From Polyangiales bacterium (GTDB lineage: Bacteria; Myxococcota_A; Polyangia; Polyangiales; Ga0077539): 64,000 bases of DNA. Both the position numbers and the translations under genes were made by a program. Positions 60,222 through 64,000 of the stretch are shown piece after piece. The stretch covers positions 189,093 through 253,092 of the forward strand of contig JAWKRC010000007.1 of NCBI GenBank assembly GCA_041389825.1, written 5' to 3'. The notes beneath the pieces are model-generated. The model saw only the letters and a list, made by a program, of their open reading frames with translations, ran no database searches and was not told the DNA's origin. How positions within the stretch are numbered: the stretch's first letter is position 1; each line of letters starts with the position of its first letter.

Positions 60222-61817
60222 TGCGCGCGCGCTCCCTCCTTCGCAGCGCTGCTCCTCGGCTGCCCATCGTCGGCGACGCGCTCTCCGACCGCGCCGGTCG
60301 CGCGCACCGCGACGCCCGAGCTCGACGCGATGGAGCGCGAGTTCGAGGCGTTGATGTCCGAGCACTCCCTCGCGGAGTGGCACGAGTACACGGGCGAAGG
60401 GACTCCTGCCCGAGGGCGGCATCGCGGGCCTTGCAGACCCGCGAGCGGGCGCTCTTCCAGCGGGCGAGCGAGACCGTGGCCGAGCTCCTCCGACGCGACG
60501 GTGTCGACCCCGAGACGCGCCGCCGCGCGCACCTCTGGCGCCGCGGGATCGAGGGCCTCGCGCTCCTCGGCGACCCCGAGTGCACCGCGCTGGTGGAGCG
60601 CTACGAGCACGCGCTCAACGCGCACACCTTCACGCGCGACGGCCGCGCCCTCAACCGCTCGGACCTGCAGCGGATGTCGCGCTCGGCCGACCCCGCCGAG
60701 CGCCGCGCCGCGTGGGACCTCACCGCGCTCCACCGCGACGTGGCCCCGATCGCGCGAGACCTCCTGCGCCGCCGCGCGGCCGTGGCGCGCGCGATGGGGA
60801 GCACCTCGTGGGGCGACCGGATGCTCTCGCTCCGCGGGATCGAGCCCGCGCAGTGGAGCGCCCTCGCGCGCGACCTCGCGACGCGCACCGACGAGGCCTG
60901 GCACACGGTGCTCACCGAGGGCGCCCAGGCGCGACGCCTCGACCGCGTGCGCCCGTGGGACCTCGACTTCGCGCTCCAGCGCGAGGGCGCCGTGGCCGAC
61001 GCGCGCCTCCCCGCCGACACCGCGGTGGACCGCGCGCGGCGCATCCTCACGGGCTGGGGCTTCGACCTCGACCACCCGCCGGTGCGCGTCGTGGTGAGGG
61101 AGTTCTCCTTCGGCGGGCAGACGCTCTCGATCCGCGTGCTCACCGACGTGCGCACGGTGGTGCGGCCGAAGGCGGGCGCGGAGTTCCTCCGCACGCTGAT
61201 GCACGAGCTCGGGCACGCGCTGCAGGCGACGCGCACGGCGACGCCGTACCCCATCGCGCGCGGCTACGAGTGGGTGCCGGGGCTCACGGCGCTGGCCGAC
61301 GAGGTATGGCCGAGGTGTCGGCGCTGCTGGTCGACGACGACGCGGTGCTCGCGCGCTACACCGACTCACGCCCGACGAGCGCCGCTCGGTGCTCGACGAG
61401 GCCCGGCGGCATCGAGCTGGCCTCGCTGCGGTCGCTGCTCGCGCAGGTGGCCTTCGAGCGCGCGGCCCTCGACGACCCCGAGCAGGACCTCGACGCGCTC
61501 CAGCGACGCATCGACCACGAGCCGCGCGGCGTGGAGTTCCCCGACGACGCGCCGCCGACGGTGGGCGGCGACGCCCTTCCTCGCGACTCACTCCTGTCTA
61601 CAGGCAGAGCTACGTGATCGCGGCGGCCGTCGCGGCGCAGGTGCACGCGGCGCTGCGCGAGCGCTTCGGCGAGCGGTGGCTGTCGCCCGAGGCGGGTCGC
61701 TTCCTCACCGAGACGCTCTACGCGCCGGGCGAGATGGTCCCGTGGACGGAGAGGCTGTCGCGCGCGACGGGTCGCCCGCTCGACACCGACGCCCTCGTGG
61801 CGCGGCTGGTGCGGTAG
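60221..61817 (+). pseudogene. Zinc metallopeptidase (HEXXH, M3/M2-like) lipoprotein, 5 or more frameshifts
   Basis: MRARSLLRSAA-LLGC lipobox, MEREFEALMSEHSLAEWHEYTGEG, FLRTLMHELGHALQ, and C-terminal segments in two further frames. Confidence 0.5.
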
Positions 61818-61845
61818 CGGCCGCTAGGGGTGTTCGCGTCGCGCG

Positions 61846-63700
61846 ATGACCGAGCCCGGAACGTCGGCCCCTCACCCACTGATCGCGGTCCACGGCAGCG
61901 CCGTCCGCGCGCTGGACCCCACCACGGGGAACATCCTCTGGGAGTACCGGGCCAGCGTCGTCATCGCCCGCTTCGCGCTCGCCCACGACCGCGTCTACGC
62001 CGTCGACGACCTGAGCAACCTCCACTGCCTCGTCGCCACCACCGGCGCCCACGTCGGTACGGTGCAGATCGATCGCCTCGCGAGAACTTCGCGCGCGCGA
62101 TGTCGCCGACGGCGACTGGCTGATGCCGACCAACTACTGTGCCGTCGCACGATACCGGTGATTCGGCGACGTGATACGGAGGTTGCACACCGCGTGCGCA
62201 TTTGGGCTCGCACCTGTCGCGCAAGCTCGACTTTTATGGACCTGGAGCCTTTGCCGCCGGCCGCCTTCTGCCGTCGGTTTTCGGCAAACCTTCTCGCGAC
62301 TCGGGCGTCTGAGCCCGCAGCCGTCATGCGCAACGCCCTCCCGTGGCGGGCGCGCTGGCGCCTTCGCCCTCGGCGCCTGCGGCCGTCACGCGGCGGAGAC
62401 GCACCGCCGCGCCCTGCGTCCGCAACCCGAGCTCACCGCCGAGGCCCTGCTGCCGCCGCGCGAGGCCGCATCACCCGTCGCGGGCGCGCTGCCGCCGGTC
62501 GCGCACCCCAACGCCGACGCGCGCGACGAGGCCTCGGCCAGCGCGTGAGCGCGCGACCCTTGCCCATCCCGCGGCTCGGGCTCGGCCGCTCGGCCACCTT
62601 CACCTTCGACGGCGGACGTCTCCGTGCCGGGCCCTTCAGCTCCGAGCAGCAGCTCATCACCCCGCCTACGCGCACGGCAAGGTCTTCGTCGGCGCGGGCT
62701 TCGCGAGCACCACGGTGTACGCCCTCGACGCCCACACCGGCGCGCTGAAATGGCAGGCCGGACACGCCCGACGGAGGCCCCACCGGCGCCATCGTCGAGG
62801 ACGGCGAGGTGCTCTTCAACACCGAGAGCGTACCTCTTCGCCTTCGACGTCCGCACGGACGCCAGCGCTGGTCGCGCTACCGGCGACCCGCTGATGTCCG
62901 CGCCTGCCGCCGCGAACGGGCACGCCTTCATCGCGTGCCCGACGGGGACTCCCCACGGGCTTCTCCTTCGCGCGCTCCGGATGCGCGACGGCGTGGTCGC
63001 CTGGCACCAATCTCCTGGTGCCCGCTTCTATGATGACCGCGCCCGTGATCGCTTCTGGCGACGCCGTCTACCTCACGTCGATGAACGGCGTCGTGCAGCG
63101 ATGGAACGCACGAAACGGATTGTCGTGTGGTCGCGCGACCTCGGCCACCAGCGCGCCCGCCGTCGACGGTGAGCGCGTCTACGTCGCCCAGCGCGCGCCT
63201 GGGGCCGCGAGCGGCAGGCCGCCCTCGACGCGGGTACCCGGCGCCACCGTCTCGCGCGGAGCGCTTCCACGCGCGGCCTACACGCGGCAGCGGCCCGACA
63301 CGGGCGGCACCGAGGCGGGGTGGGCCTGGGAGGGCTCGCGCCCGGCCTTCGCCGACGGCAGGGTCTACACCGCGATGGGCGACGCCGTGGTGGCGCGCGA
63401 CGCGGCCACGGGCGCCGAGGTGTGGCGCAAGCGCAACCCGCTCGGGGGGAGCGTGCGCGGCGTGACCTCCCCCGCGGTGGTGGGCTCGCAGCTCGTGGTG
63501 GGCACGCGCGGCGGAGACGTCTTCGGCCTCGACATCGACACCGGCGAGACCACCTGGGCGTGGCGCGTGGGAGAGCCGATCCTGTTCCAGCCCGCGGTGG
63601 CCGAGGGGTGGGTCTACGTCGCGACCCAGCGCGGCAAGGTCGTCGGCTTCGAGGTCGGCGACGCCTCCGTCGACGGCTGGCACATGTGGGGCGGCAACGC
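61846..63700 (+). pseudogene. PQQ-repeat (BamB-like) beta-propeller protein, multiple frameshifts; may continue into the VIT domain
   Basis: Repeated DPTTGNILWEY..., YAVDDLSNLHCLVATTGAHV, GDPLMSAPAAANGHAFIACPTG, RDAATGAEVWRK and IDTGETTWAW blades spread over all three frames. Confidence 0.45.
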
Positions 63701-63794
63701 GCAGCACGCGGGGCTCTCGCCCTCGACGCCGTCGGCCGTCGACGCGCCTCCGCGGTCGGGCGTCTTGCGGTCGACGGGCCGCGACGGCGCGCCC

Positions 63795-64000
63795 ATGCCG
63801 CTCCTGCACGCCGACGTGAGCGTCTCGGTGGAGGGCCCCGTCGCGCGCGTCGTCGTGGAGCAGACCTTCACCAACCCGCACCCGCGGGCCGTCGACGCGG
63901 AGTACCTCCTGCCGCTCCCCGAGAGCGCCGGCGTCGACGCGATGGAGCTTCGCGTGGGCGACCGCGTGATCCGCGCCGACATCCAGCGCCGCGACGACGC
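63795..64000 (+). CDS. VIT (vault inter-alpha-trypsin) domain start, partial; in frame with the last PQQ blade and possibly the same protein
   Basis: VSVSVEGPVARVVVEQTFTNPHPRAVDAEYLLPLPESAGVDAMELRVGDRVIRADIQ matches VIT N-terminal pattern. ORF open to window end. Confidence 0.4.
   Translation, partial: MPLLHADVSVSVEGPVARVVVEQTFTNPHPRAVDAEYLLPLPESAGVDAMELRVGDRVIRADIQRRDD

Overview
This is a very high-GC (~70-72%) bacterial chromosomal segment. Its gene content suggests a myxobacterium-like organism: many lipoproteins, TPR/PQQ/ricin-type secreted proteins, an RpoN-free RegB/RegA pair and Uma2/DUF4351 paralogs. I support about 60 genes.

The main blocks are:
- A RegB/RegA-type redox two-component system plus a CDF metal exporter (1.7-4.5 kb).
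- A MoxR AAA+ / DUF58 pair whose usual transglutaminase partner lies 6.8 kb downstream. The gap holds an SDR, a GST, lipoproteins, a VIM-like B1 metallo-beta-lactamase, a PLD-family lipoprotein with novel Cys repeats and a PD-(D/E)XK/DUF4351 gene.
- ssb, a CE4 deacetylase, a porin and TPR proteins.
- A glycosylation module (methyltransferase-GT2 fusion, GT-C membrane protein, second GT-C) next to pepF.
- A membrane Zn-ribbon/PD-(D/E)XK protein.
- A molybdoenzyme locus: NarI-like cytochrome b with a Zn-ribbon tail, a NarB/NasA-like bis-MGD catalytic subunit, a 4x[4Fe-4S] subunit and a degraded Rieske gene. A divergent NarM-like gene and mobA sit beside it, followed by hemerythrin, Crp/Fnr, cupin and a CxxxY-type ccmE.
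- A 3' third (49-63 kb) in which nearly every conserved gene is broken by multiple single-base frameshifts.

At least 8 isolated frameshifts, several in homopolymer runs, occur elsewhere in genes that are otherwise clean. The six-frame ORF track is therefore misleading in places. High GC also produces many long spurious antisense ORFs. I found no rRNA, tRNA, CRISPR array or recognisable IS/transposase. Start coordinates that I reassigned myself are approximate (a few nt).
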